A DNA stretch of 64,000 bases from Fimbriimonadales bacterium (GTDB lineage Bacteria; Armatimonadota; Fimbriimonadia; Fimbriimonadales; JABRVX01): positions 1 through 64,000 of the forward strand of contig BTVI01000016.1 in NCBI GenBank assembly GCA_045862955.1. Reading direction: 5' to 3'. A program made the translations under genes and the position numbers. The notes below the pieces were generated by a model. The model was not told where the DNA came from and ran no database searches. It worked only from the letters and a program-made list of their open reading frames with translations. Shown here one piece after another: positions 37,925 through 47,822 of this stretch (its first letter is position 1; each line of letters begins with the position of its first letter).

Positions 37925-38121
37925 TGCCCCGGCCCGCGTCCGCCGCATCCCACCATCCATTCGCCCATTCGCAACCCGAGGACCGCGCCGGGGCAAGGAG
38001 TACCCGCCACACCCCTGCCCGTCATGCTGAGCCTGTCGAAGCATGCTTTCCATGCCCCGGCCCGCGTCCGCCGCATTCCTCCAACCCACCGCACACCACC
38101 GACCCAAGGACCGCGCCGGGG
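37925..38121. repeat. Two GCCCCGGC...GCCGGGG elements flanking a single GTCATGCTGAGC REP arm
   Basis: Elements at 37925-37995 and 38052-38121; GTCATGCTGAGCCTGTCGAAGCATG at 38021-38045. Confidence 0.8.
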
Positions 38122-38243
38122 GCCGGCGGCGGTGGAGCGAGGGGTTCGGCGCTGAGCTCGGAATGATGCCAGGACCGGCTAGGACGCCGGCATCACCCCC
38201 GCAGGTGTCACCGGCGAGCACGCCGCAGTGGCGCGGGGGCCGA

Positions 38244-38675
38244 CTAGCCGTGGCCGCTGATGGTCTTTTCTGGCCGGCCCTGTGCCTCGGCTTTCTTCTT
38301 CACACGGCGCAGCCGCAAATACCGCCTCTTGCCTGCGCGGAACGCGTCGGCCAAGCTATGAATCAGCAGGACCACCTTGTCGTACTGCATCAGCCGTAGG
38401 ATGCGCTGGACCTTGCCGCCCGCCGGCGCCACCACACGCAAGCGCACCCCCTTGGGCTCGAGCTGGGAGCGCATCTCTTCCAACCAGTCGAGACCTTCTG
38501 AGTTGAGAAGCGGGGTGTGGCTGAGGTCTAGGATTGCGATCCGCGTATCGGGTTGAACCGCCTCTTTGATAACTTCTTTGGCGCTGGGTGCCGTTCGATC
38601 CAGACATCCGTCCACGGTGATCAGGGCGGTTCGGCCGTTCACTCGGGACGTTACGGTGCACGTCTGATGAATCAT
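38244..38675 (-). CDS. STAS domain protein (anti-anti-sigma-like)
   Basis: ITVDGCLD, ILDLSHTPLLNSEGL, VQRILRLM; basic tail. Confidence 0.8.
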   Translation of the reverse strand: MIHQTCTVTSRVNGRTALITVDGCLDRTAPSAKEVIKEAVQPDTRIAILDLSHTPLLNSEGLDWLEEMRSQLEPKGVRLRVVAPAGGKVQRILRLMQYDKVVLLIHSLADAFRAGKRRYLRLRRVKKKAEAQGRPEKTISGHG

Positions 38676-38823
38676 CCTTCCCCCTGCTCCGACGCCGTTG
38701 TCGAAGCGTTCGTCCAATAATATAGACGGCAGAATGGTCGCTGTCCGTTCTCCCTTTCCCACATCTGCGCTCAAATCTTAAGTACTCGTTCAGCACGCCG
38801 TGGCGTTACCGCCAAGGAGTTCT

Positions 38824-38853
38824 TTGACACCGAAAACCATCGGGTGATACACT
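38824..38853 (+). promoter_or_regulatory. Sigma-70-type promoter for yebC
   Basis: TTGACA-N18-TACACT. Confidence 0.65.
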
Positions 38854-38918
38854 CGATGCAGGCTGCAGCGGCTGAGGAGTGTTCGCGGCCTGTCCCCCGG
38901 GGAGGTTGTTTGGCAAGC

Positions 38919-39665
38919 ATGGCGGGTCATTCCAAGTGGCACAACATTCGAATACGGAAGGAGAAGCAGGACGCTCAGCGTGGCAAGATCTTCACGCGGA
39001 TCGCTCGCGAGATCATCGTCGCCGCTCGCAACGGCGGGGGCGACCCGGAGATGAACCCCTCGCTCCGTGTGGCCGTCGAGAAAGCTCGCGAAGCCAACAT
39101 GCCCGCCGATACGATCAAGCGCAACATTCAGCGGGGCACCGGTGAGCTCGAGGGCGTGAGCTACGAGCAGGTTAGCTACGAAGGCTATGGCCCAGCAGGC
39201 ATCGCGGTCATCGTGACCTGCCTGACCGAGAATCGCAACCGTACTGTTGCCGACGTGAGGCACGTGTTCAGTAAGCACGGCGGCAACATGAGCGAGCCTG
39301 GCTCGGTGACTTGGCAATTTCGCAGCGTAGGGTTGATCTCCGTGGATGCCCAAGCGTTACCGGAGGACCGTATGGTCGAGCTCGCCATGGAGGCGGGAGC
39401 CGAGGACCTCTCGACCGAAGACGGCGTGTACGAGATCACCACCGCTCCGGAAGACCTGCACAAGGTCCAATGTGCCCTCGAGGCTGCAGGCGTAAAGGTT
39501 CAGGGGTCGGAGCTGACGCTCACTCCTACCAACGTCGTCGCTGTCTCCGAAGCCGACGCGCCCGCCGTCATGCGCTTCATGGATGCGCTGGAGGACCTGG
39601 ACGACGTCCAGAACGTGTATGCCAACTTCGACATTCCTGACGAGGTCATGGCCAAACTCGGGTAG
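38919..39665 (+). CDS. yebC: YebC/PmpR family protein
   Basis: MAGHSKWHNI, YEGYGPAG, TENRNRT, LEDLDDVQNVYAN. Confidence 0.96.
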   Translation: MAGHSKWHNIRIRKEKQDAQRGKIFTRIAREIIVAARNGGGDPEMNPSLRVAVEKAREANMPADTIKRNIQRGTGELEGVSYEQVSYEGYGPAGIAVIVTCLTENRNRTVADVRHVFSKHGGNMSEPGSVTWQFRSVGLISVDAQALPEDRMVELAMEAGAEDLSTEDGVYEITTAPEDLHKVQCALEAAGVKVQGSELTLTPTNVVAVSEADAPAVMRFMDALEDLDDVQNVYANFDIPDEVMAKLG

Positions 39666-39671
39666 GGCCCC

Positions 39672-40760
39672 ATGAGAGCTCTGCTCCCCCGCATTCCGTA
39701 CCTATCCACCGCGTTGGCCGCGCTGCTCGTAGTCTTCTTCTTTCTGAGCCGCTCAGCCGATCCACTCGACCTCGCAGAACGCTACGGCTTCTCGCTGTCA
39801 TCGCCAAAGCTCCTCACGGCGCTCACTTATTTGTTCGTGCACGGTGGGGTCGGGCACTTGCTGCTCAACCTAGTGCTTCTGGCGGCATTCGGGACGTACG
39901 CCGAGATCTACGGGCGACGGGCAATCTGGCCTGCCGTCACGATATTCGGTGCAACGGTGGCAGCGTACGGGGAGCTACTGATGGCGGTGGTCACCGGTGC
40001 ACCGCGCACGGGGGTGATGGTGGGTGCCTCGGGTGCCATATCCGCTCTGGCCGGCTGGTCGTTCATCCTGGGAGTGAGGGAGCGCGAACCAGATCTGATG
40101 ACGAGGCTCGTGCGCTCGGCGGCAGTCGGTTGGCTGGTGTTGCAAATTGTGGCCATCCTGCTGGCGACTCGGCAGGAAGGGCCCTCGGTGACTGCCTACT
40201 GGGCACACTTGTGGGGGTTCGTCGTCGGCGGGGCGGTCGGAGCGATAGTCGGACCGTCATCTAGCAGTGTTCTGCACCGTGCCTCGGCGCTGATCCGTGG
40301 CCAGCGGCCCGCAGATGCCTTGGCCCTGTTATCCGAGCGGATGAAGGGTCCTGCGGAGAAAGAGCGACTCCGACTGACCGTCGAAGCGTGGAACGCGCTG
40401 GGTGACAGGGAACAGGCTGCCGCATCGCTGGCTGTCCTGGTTCAAACCTACCCGACACCCGAGAGCATACGAGCTCTCGTCGAGGCCGGAGGAGTCGGTA
40501 CTTTGCAGCCGGCTCAGCGACTGCATCTGGCCGCCCAGGCAGGCCTATCGTTGCAGACGCGCAAAGCTCTTCTCGCTAGCTTCGTGGGAGAAGCCAGAGA
40601 GGTGCAAGGCAGGGCCTCAGCGATGCTACAGCTTGCCGACCTGCTCCGAGCCTCCGATTGCGATGGCGCACGGGCTCTGCTCCAGCGAGTAGTAGAGGAG
40701 TATGCGGGGACGGAAACGGCCGACCTCGCGGCCGGCCGCCTACGTGCTTTCTCTACCTAA
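39672..40760 (+). CDS. Rhomboid intramembrane serine protease with helical (TPR-like) C-terminal domain
   Basis: FVHGGVGHLLLN, GASG catalytic Ser, AHLWGFVVG. Confidence 0.85.
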   Translation: MRALLPRIPYLSTALAALLVVFFFLSRSADPLDLAERYGFSLSSPKLLTALTYLFVHGGVGHLLLNLVLLAAFGTYAEIYGRRAIWPAVTIFGATVAAYGELLMAVVTGAPRTGVMVGASGAISALAGWSFILGVREREPDLMTRLVRSAAVGWLVLQIVAILLATRQEGPSVTAYWAHLWGFVVGGAVGAIVGPSSSSVLHRASALIRGQRPADALALLSERMKGPAEKERLRLTVEAWNALGDREQAAASLAVLVQTYPTPESIRALVEAGGVGTLQPAQRLHLAAQAGLSLQTRKALLASFVGEAREVQGRASAMLQLADLLRASDCDGARALLQRVVEEYAGTETADLAAGRLRAFST

Positions 40761-40766
40761 GAAGAA

Positions 40767-42056
40767 CTAGCCGCCGGGACGGCCCTGTTTCGCGAGAACC
40801 TCCAGGGCTTTCTGGAGCTGCGCATCCGTCGCATCCTCCCCGAACACGTAATCCTTGCTTTGGGCAACCTCGACGTCTGGCGGCAAGCCGCCTCCAACGC
40901 GCTCACCGTTTGGCAGCGTCTTGCCGTTGATGTCGGTGTGATTCGGCGTGTAGTACCGAGCCGTGGTGATGGCGACGGCCGACCCGTTTCGCATGTCAAT
41001 CAGCGTCTGCACCAAACCCTTTCCGAACGTCTTCTCGCCGACGATGGTGGCGACTCGGTGGTCCTTCAGCGCGCCTGCAACGATCTCCGAGGCGCTGGCG
41101 GAGTTCTTGTTCACCAATACCACCATCGGCGGTGGCGCAGCCCTGAACATGCCGGGGTCGGTGTAGATGGTCTTCTCCGGCTTGTCCCGCTCTTTGACGA
41201 TAACAACGGACTTGCCATTCAAGAACTGGCCCGCGACAGCCACCGCCTGAGTGAGCAGCCCACCCGGGTCGTCTCGAAGGTCCAGCACTAGGGCGTTCAT
41301 GCCTTTCGAGCGCAGGTCGGACAGGGCAGCCGCAAGAGCGTCAGAAGCCTTCTCGTTGAAATGAGAGAGGGAAACATAGCCGACTCTGCCCGCAGCGCCG
41401 CTCAGCATTCGATACTCGACGGTCGGCAGGTCCACTCTCGCACGAACGAGCCTGAAATCCTTCGTTTGCAGCTCGCCGTTGGTTCTTCGTTCGATTGTCA
41501 GCGTCACCGGCGTCCCCTCTTCGCCTCGGATCATCCGGACGATGTCTTCGATGTCCATTCCGGCGACGGGCTTAGAGTCTACAGCGATGATCAGGTCGCC
41601 TGCCTTGATGCCGGCAGCCATACATGGGCTGTTGGGCAGGGGCCGCTTGACGATGGCTCCCAGCGGCGACGGATCCAGGGTGGCTCCGACGCCGACGTAC
41701 TCTCCTGCCGTTTCCTTCTCCATCGCGCTCCAGGCCTCGGGGGTCATGAAACGCGTATACGGATCGCCTAGCCCACTCAGCATGCCCGAGATCGCGCTGT
41801 ACGTGATCTGCGTCTCGTTCACGGGCTGGTAGTGGCGCTTCTGCAGCTCCTGCAGCGTGTCGCTATAGGTCTCTACCACGGGAATTCCCGCCGGAGAACG
41901 TCCGCTCCGCGCCACCAAACGGTCGGCAACGTGGGAGAAGTCTCTAATGAGCAGATCCGGGTCCGACAGACTCTGCCAGGCATAGCCTAGGACGAACGCG
42001 AAAACCGCGGCGAGCAGCACGACGACCGTTCGCATGATGCGTCGAGTTCCCTTCAC
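40767..42056 (-). CDS. ctpA: S41 (CtpA/Prc) C-terminal processing protease, PDZ domain, intact catalytic motifs
   Basis: DPYT, GVGA, DLRDDPGG, SASASE, TFGKG. Confidence 0.92.
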   Translation of the reverse strand: MKGTRRIMRTVVVLLAAVFAFVLGYAWQSLSDPDLLIRDFSHVADRLVARSGRSPAGIPVVETYSDTLQELQKRHYQPVNETQITYSAISGMLSGLGDPYTRFMTPEAWSAMEKETAGEYVGVGATLDPSPLGAIVKRPLPNSPCMAAGIKAGDLIIAVDSKPVAGMDIEDIVRMIRGEEGTPVTLTIERRTNGELQTKDFRLVRARVDLPTVEYRMLSGAAGRVGYVSLSHFNEKASDALAAALSDLRSKGMNALVLDLRDDPGGLLTQAVAVAGQFLNGKSVVIVKERDKPEKTIYTDPGMFRAAPPPMVVLVNKNSASASEIVAGALKDHRVATIVGEKTFGKGLVQTLIDMRNGSAVAITTARYYTPNHTDINGKTLPNGERVGGGLPPDVEVAQSKDYVFGEDATDAQLQKALEVLAKQGRPGG

Positions 42057-43517
42057 CTACGCACGCCCCTTTCGCAGCAAGTCCACTGCCTTTCGCACCG
42101 CCGCATCGGTGCTCGGCGGTCCAATCTTCGCCGCCTCGGCCACCTCGACGTCGGGCTGCAGGCCGACGCCGGAGAAATCTAGTCCGCCTGCCGTGAAGTA
42201 CTTGCCGGTCGGGATCACCAGAGATGCGCCGTCTTCCAGCCGTATGCGGTCACGGGCCATAGTGTCTCCAGCGGTCCGAGAGCCGACGATGGGAGCTTTG
42301 CTCTTTTCGCGAAGGGCAGCGGCCATCACCTCTGCCAGGCCTGCCGTTCCGCGGTTCGTGACGACGGCGATGGGTCCGGTCCACAGAGGCTCGCCGGCAG
42401 GTGTCCGCACAGGTGTGCGCTCCTCTGACCCCTGCTTGTTCTGCACCCGTGCCACCGTCGCGCTTCCCAGGAGCATTCCGGCCATCTGCAACATCTCCGC
42501 TCGCGAGCCTAGGCTGCAGTTCCGCACGTCTATGACTAGTTGCGTCGCCTTCTTGTTTTTGAGCGAGTTGATAGCCGAGCGAAGCTGCGCGGGCGCGTCG
42601 GTGCTGAATGCCGAGATGCGAACGTAGCCGACTGCCGCCCCGAGTTCCTCCCACGTGACGGCAGGGGCAGTGACGGATCCCGGGGTCACGGTCACCGATA
42701 TGGGCTCCGTGCTGCCGGGCCTCTGCACTCGCAGTCGAAGCGGCTCTTTGCTCGTGGCCAGCAGTTCGAGGGCCTTCTCGGTCGTTAGCGCGGTCTTTAG
42801 TTTTGCCTCTAACGCCTCCGCCGCTGCATCGTACTCCCTGCGCTGGATACGCTGGTTCCGTAATGCCGTGCGCTTCTGCAGCAGGTCGAGCGTCGCCATG
42901 TAGGAGATGACCCACTGGTCGTTGATGTAGTCCACTCGGTCCCCCGCGAGGAGACCGGCGCGGTCCGCCGGCCCCCCGGGCACTGGGGCGACGATGGTCA
43001 CGTGCGTCTTCGTGATCGAGTCCTCGGTAAAGCCGATGTTCGAGGAGGTCTCGCCCTGATCCCGGACTTCTTTGATCAGTTTTGCCAACTCGGCGCGCTG
43101 AGCCGGATCGGTGACTGGCTCCTGAATGCGTTTCACGTCGATGACGGCTCCGATCCCTTCAAACTGCCCCGAGGCCTCGCGGTCCATGCGCTCTGCCTCT
43201 TCCGGAGTGACGAACCGGGTCAGCGGGTCCGAGAAGTAGGCTGCCATGCCTCGGAGCACGCCGTGGCTCAGGGGCGTCTGATCCTCGATCGGGTCCACGT
43301 AATGTGTCCTCACGTGCCGGAACACTTCGTAGAACAGGTCGAGCGGCGAGACAGACGGGGTGACGTCGAGACTGGCGTACCGACGGTCGGTCCCTGCCGG
43401 CCCGACGAGAGGTTTGGCGGGCCCGAAGTGGTTCCGCGCATACAGCCCGCCCGCAAAGCTGGCGAGAATCAGTGCGATCGGAGCAAGTCTCCAAAGGCTC
43501 GGTTTCGGCTTCATCAA
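42057..43517 (-). CDS. S41-family paralog with degenerate catalytic motifs
   Basis: DPLT, GIGA and PDZ retained; DVRNCSLG, TAGLAE and TAGDT replace the canonical motifs. Confidence 0.85.
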   Translation of the reverse strand: MMKPKPSLWRLAPIALILASFAGGLYARNHFGPAKPLVGPAGTDRRYASLDVTPSVSPLDLFYEVFRHVRTHYVDPIEDQTPLSHGVLRGMAAYFSDPLTRFVTPEEAERMDREASGQFEGIGAVIDVKRIQEPVTDPAQRAELAKLIKEVRDQGETSSNIGFTEDSITKTHVTIVAPVPGGPADRAGLLAGDRVDYINDQWVISYMATLDLLQKRTALRNQRIQRREYDAAAEALEAKLKTALTTEKALELLATSKEPLRLRVQRPGSTEPISVTVTPGSVTAPAVTWEELGAAVGYVRISAFSTDAPAQLRSAINSLKNKKATQLVIDVRNCSLGSRAEMLQMAGMLLGSATVARVQNKQGSEERTPVRTPAGEPLWTGPIAVVTNRGTAGLAEVMAAALREKSKAPIVGSRTAGDTMARDRIRLEDGASLVIPTGKYFTAGGLDFSGVGLQPDVEVAEAAKIGPPSTDAAVRKAVDLLRKGRA

Positions 43518-43662
43518 CTTCGTAGGGTCTCCCTCTCTGCGCCCCGAGGAGGCGCAACGAAATGCTACAGCAGCAACGCTATCCTATACGCTATTTGGCG
43601 GCTTCGCTGCTGCGGCTCGCCTCCCGAGAACGAGCGTACCGGTGGCGTGCACCTTGCTAGGT

Positions 43663-44184
43663 TCATTGTGACAGCGCGACCAACAGCCCCGCGATGGTCT
43701 TTGCATCGCGAATCTCCCCGCTGCGGATCATTTCCATAACCCGGTGCGCCGGCACCGGCTGCAGCTCCACCCGCTCGTCGCTGTCCAGCTTCTGCGCGCC
43801 CGGCTGCAAGTCGTGCGCTTCGTACACGATGAGGCGTTCACTCGAATAGCCAGGCGCGAGGAACTGCTCGAACAGCCGTGTCATCGTACCTGCCGAGTAT
43901 CCGGTCTCTTCTACCAGTTCTCGTCGTGCGCACTCGTCGGGGTTCTCACCCTTCTCCCGCGTGCCTGCAGGTATTTCCAGCAGTACCTGGTCGACGGCAC
44001 GCCGATACTGCCGGACCATGAGTACGGTTTCGGGGTCCACGAACGGAACGATTGCCACTGCCCCCTCGTGTGCGACCACCTCGCGTGTAGTGACCGAGCC
44101 GTCGGCCAGGCGCACCGTGTCCAACCGCAACGTGACCACGCGGCCGGAGAATATGGTCTCCGAGGAGATCAGCGTCTCGCGCAT
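43663..44184 (-). CDS. NUDIX hydrolase (ADP-ribose pyrophosphatase-like)
   Basis: EIPAG...ARRELVEETG Nudix box; PGYS; DAKT. Confidence 0.92.
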   Translation of the reverse strand: MRETLISSETIFSGRVVTLRLDTVRLADGSVTTREVVAHEGAVAIVPFVDPETVLMVRQYRRAVDQVLLEIPAGTREKGENPDECARRELVEETGYSAGTMTRLFEQFLAPGYSSERLIVYEAHDLQPGAQKLDSDERVELQPVPAHRVMEMIRSGEIRDAKTIAGLLVALSQ

Positions 44185-44186
44185 CG

Positions 44187-44579
44187 CTATACTCCACACT
44201 CCGGCAGCCCGAAGTCCGCCCTCGCGCGCCGCAGCACCACCGCCGCACGGTGAACCACTACCTTTGCAGGCGGGTGCAGCTTGCCAACCGTCACCTCGAC
44301 CTCCGATATCCGACCGTCGTCCCGCAAGATACGCTCGGCTATTGTCTCGGCTAGCCTCTCTAGGAGAGCGAATCGTTCGCTCGTCCCAATCTCGACAACG
44401 AGCCGGGCGAGCTTAGAGTAGCTGACCGTGTCGGCGAGTCGGTCGGAAGAACACGCGGCCCGAAAGTCGCCGTATACGCTCAGGTCGGCCCAATATCTGT
44501 GGCCTACGCTGCGCTCTTCCTCCGAGACGCCATGATGCGCGTAGAACTCGATACCCTCGATACGGATGTGGTCGCTCAC
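44187..44579 (-). CDS. folB: Dihydroneopterin aldolase
   Basis: FYAHHGVSEEE, SDRLADTVSY, LLERLAE. Confidence 0.92.
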   Translation of the reverse strand: MSDHIRIEGIEFYAHHGVSEEERSVGHRYWADLSVYGDFRAACSSDRLADTVSYSKLARLVVEIGTSERFALLERLAETIAERILRDDGRISEVEVTVGKLHPPAKVVVHRAAVVLRRARADFGLPECGV

Positions 44580-44643
44580 CGCGCCATTCTACCTGTAGGT
44601 CCTACGCGTCCCGAAGGGCCCAGAATCGCGTAAGATCGCGCCA

Positions 44644-45492
44644 ATGGAAGTACTAGCCACCATTCGCGAGGTGCGGGCATGGGTGGCCGAGAAGCGCACG
44701 ATAGGCCATCTGGTCGGCTTCGTGCCGACGATGGGCGCTTTTCACGAAGGGCATCTGTCCCTGATGCGCCGGGCAGCGTCCGAGTGCGAGGCGGTACTCG
44801 TGAGCATCTTCGTCAACCCCACCCAGTTCGGGCCCGGCGAGGACTACGAGCGCTATCCGCGAGACCTCGACCATGACCTTCGGCACGCGGAGAGCGTCGG
44901 GGTGACTGCGGTCTTTGCGCCCTCGGTGGAGGAGATGTATCCACCTGGTTCGGAGACCCGAGTACTGCCCGGGAGGCTGGCGGAAGGACTTTGTGGGCCG
45001 TTCCGTCCCGGGCACTTTATCGGCGTGGCAACCGTTGTGGCCAAGCTGTTCGGCATCTGCCTGCCGGACCGAGCCTATTTTGGCGAAAAGGACTTCCAGC
45101 AGTTGCGCATTATCGAGCAGATGACGGCCGATCTCTGCCTGCCTGTGGCTATCGTGCGTTGCCCCACGGTGCGGGAGCCGGACGGCCTGGCTATGAGTTC
45201 GCGGAACGCTTATCTCTCTGCCGAGGAGAGGCGACAGGCGTCGGCGATCTATCGGTCTATCCAACGGGCGGCTGACATGGTGCGCAACGGTGAGCGCTCA
45301 GCGAGAGTCGTCGAGCAGATGGTGGAGCGCGAGATACGCGGCGAGCCGCTCTTCCACACCTTGGAGTACGCGCACGTGGTGGACCCAGTCACTCTCCAAC
45401 GACTGGAGACGATAGAGGGTGAAGCGCGCTTGTGTGTTGCCGCTCGCATCGGCTCTACTAGACTGATAGACAACGGAGTGCTAGTTCCATGA
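44644..45492 (+). CDS. panC: Pantoate--beta-alanine ligase
   Basis: [38 protein letters not shown]. Confidence 0.96.
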   Translation: MEVLATIREVRAWVAEKRTIGHLVGFVPTMGAFHEGHLSLMRRAASECEAVLVSIFVNPTQFGPGEDYERYPRDLDHDLRHAESVGVTAVFAPSVEEMYPPGSETRVLPGRLAEGLCGPFRPGHFIGVATVVAKLFGICLPDRAYFGEKDFQQLRIIEQMTADLCLPVAIVRCPTVREPDGLAMSSRNAYLSAEERRQASAIYRSIQRAADMVRNGERSARVVEQMVEREIRGEPLFHTLEYAHVVDPVTLQRLETIEGEARLCVAARIGSTRLIDNGVLVP

Positions 45493-45902
45493 AGTCCCAT
45501 ACCGAGTACCTTTGGTTCGAGACCCCCAAGAGGCGGCAGTACATTCACATTACCGACAAGGTCGCAAAGATCGTGAAGCAGTCCGGCGTTCGAGAGGGGT
45601 TCGTCTTGGTGAGCGCGATGCACATCACCGCTTCGATCTACGTCAACGATCACGAGAGCGGGCTGATCCAAGACATTGACCGGTGGGTGGAAGAACTCGC
45701 TCCGGCCCGACCCGATTACCTGCACCACCGGACCGGCGAGGACAACGGGGATGCGCACCTGAAGCGCCTCCTGCTGGGTCATCAAGTGATACTCCCTATC
45801 ACCGACGGCGAGTTGGACCTCGGGCCTTGGGAGCGCGTGTTCTATGCGGAGTTCGACGGGCAGCGCCGCAAACGCGTAGTAGTGAAGGTGATCGGGGAGT
45901 AG
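45489..45902 (+). CDS. YjbQ family protein (secondary thiamine-phosphate synthase)
   Basis: [27 protein letters not shown]. Confidence 0.92.
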   Translation: MKSHTEYLWFETPKRRQYIHITDKVAKIVKQSGVREGFVLVSAMHITASIYVNDHESGLIQDIDRWVEELAPARPDYLHHRTGEDNGDAHLKRLLLGHQVILPITDGELDLGPWERVFYAEFDGQRRKRVVVKVIGE

Positions 45903-45949
45903 AGGAACCTAATTTCCTATGCTATACTGCCGCTCTTGGAGACGAGCCT

Positions 45950-47128
45950 GTGCTATCTGAACGAGTCAACGCCATCCATGCATCGCCGACCCTCGCGTTG
46001 ACCGCGCGCGTCGCAGAGCTGCGACGGAACGGCGCGGACGTTATTGCTTTCGGCGTGGGAGAGCCCGACTTCCCGACCCCCGAGCCCATCGGGCAAGCGG
46101 GCATCCAGGCCATTCGTGACGGTCACACCCGTTACACACCCTCGGCCGGGACGATGACGCTGCGCAAGGCAGTTGCAGAGAAGTTGCTGCGCGAGAACAA
46201 GGTGCGCTACGACCCGCACGAGGTGGTGATCTCGTGCGGTGCGAAGCATGCGATGTTCAATGCGCTGCTGGCGCTCTGCAACCCCGGGGACGAGGTGCTC
46301 TTGCCGTGCCCCTACTGGCCCACCTATGTGGAACAGGTGCGCTTGTGCGGCGCGGTACCCGTCGAGGTTCCGTGTCACGAGGAAGACGGTTACCTTCCTA
46401 GCTACGATGCTCTGCGACAGCGTGTGTCCTACCGCACCAAAGCTATCATCGTCAACACACCTAACAATCCGACCGGTGCAGTCTGGCCTCGCACGGTGCT
46501 CAAGGAGATCGCGGCGATAGCACTCAAGCATGACTGTTGGATCATCGCCGACGAGATCTATGAACGCCTCGTCTATGAAAACGAGGAGCATGTTAGTATC
46601 GCATCTCTGAGTAGGCAGGTCTGGGAGAGGACTGTGACAGTAGGTGGTGTCTCCAAGACCTATGCTATGACTGGCTGGCGCATTGGCTACGCGGCTGCTC
46701 CGCGCGAAGTCGCCGAAGCGATGAGCAAACTGCAGGACCAGATGACTAGCAATCCTAGCTCGATCTCGATGCGTGCAGCAGAGGCAGCGGTCGCAATGCC
46801 AGTGGAAGACTTGGAGCACATGCGCGAGGAGTACGCTGAGCGGCGCGAGATACTGTATCACGGGTTGACCGAATGCCCGGGTGTTAACTGCCAGAGGACG
46901 AAAGGTGCGTTCTTTCTGTTCCCGTCCGTCCATGGCGTGCTCGGAGGTTGCTTCGGTAGCACCGTGGAACTTGCCGAGTACCTGCTGGACCAAGCGGGCT
47001 GCGCCGTCCTCCCTGGAGAAGCGTTCGGGGCTCCCGGACACCTTCGGCTCAGCTACGCCCTGTCGAAACAAGATATCCAACGCGGAGTGCGACGCCTCAA
47101 AGAGGCGTTCGCGATGCTATCACCGTGA
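45950..47128 (+). CDS. aspC: Aspartate aminotransferase (class I/II PLP)
   Basis: GEPDF, PNNPTG, DEIY, SKTYAMTGWRIGY. Confidence 0.88.
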   Translation: MLSERVNAIHASPTLALTARVAELRRNGADVIAFGVGEPDFPTPEPIGQAGIQAIRDGHTRYTPSAGTMTLRKAVAEKLLRENKVRYDPHEVVISCGAKHAMFNALLALCNPGDEVLLPCPYWPTYVEQVRLCGAVPVEVPCHEEDGYLPSYDALRQRVSYRTKAIIVNTPNNPTGAVWPRTVLKEIAAIALKHDCWIIADEIYERLVYENEEHVSIASLSRQVWERTVTVGGVSKTYAMTGWRIGYAAAPREVAEAMSKLQDQMTSNPSSISMRAAEAAVAMPVEDLEHMREEYAERREILYHGLTECPGVNCQRTKGAFFLFPSVHGVLGGCFGSTVELAEYLLDQAGCAVLPGEAFGAPGHLRLSYALSKQDIQRGVRRLKEAFAMLSP

Positions 47129-47799
47129 AGAAACGCATCCCAATCAAGAACCACGATCTACTTCGCCAAGCGCTCACTCACCGGTCCTCGGTCGGTGAGA
47201 ATACTCCTGCGTCGAATGAACGGCTGGAGTTCTTCGGCGACTCCGTGCTGGGCATGGTCATCTCCGAGTATGTGTTCCAACGGTTTCCATATTGGGACCA
47301 GGGGACGCTGTCTAAGGCCAAGTCCGCCATCGTACAGGAGTCGTCGCTGGCCGAAGCGGGCCGCCGACTGGGCTTGGACGAGATGGTGATCGTGGGAAGC
47401 GGTGAGGAGGCCGCTGGCGGGCGTCGCCGAACGTCCATTCTTGCCGACGCGTATGAGGCGGTCGTAGGTGCCGTCTACCTCGACCGCGGTTTCAAGAAGG
47501 TGCATGACTTCGTGCTCGAGACTTTGGACTTCGCGCTGCAGCAAGTGGTATCCGGGGAAATGCAACTCATCGATGCGAAGTCGAAGCTGCAAGAGCTGAC
47601 CCAGGCACGTTGGAGAAGCACTCCCGTCTACCGGGTTACGGCGGAGCACGGCCTGCCGCACGACCCGTCATTCGAGGTAGAGGTGCTCGTGAACGGGACC
47701 CCGTTGGGTTGCGGCTCGGGGGGCAGTAAAAAGGAAGCCGAGCAGGCTGCGGCGGCACAAGCCCTGTTGCGAATGGAGAACCCGTCGCTGGATGACTGA
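47125..47799 (+). CDS. rnc: Ribonuclease III
   Basis: NERLEFFGDSVL, ADAYEA, dsRBD (KSKLQE...SKKEAEQAAA). Confidence 0.96.
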   Translation: MKKRIPIKNHDLLRQALTHRSSVGENTPASNERLEFFGDSVLGMVISEYVFQRFPYWDQGTLSKAKSAIVQESSLAEAGRRLGLDEMVIVGSGEEAAGGRRRTSILADAYEAVVGAVYLDRGFKKVHDFVLETLDFALQQVVSGEMQLIDAKSKLQELTQARWRSTPVYRVTAEHGLPHDPSFEVEVLVNGTPLGCGSGGSKKEAEQAAAAQALLRMENPSLDD

Positions 47800-47822
47800 C
47801 CCTCTGGTAGAATCCCAGCCAC

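Noticed and set aside
30898..38121. GCCCCGGC elements as CRISPR repeat-spacer units
   Set aside because: They are irregularly spaced and dispersed over two loci, and the variable part lies inside each palindrome.
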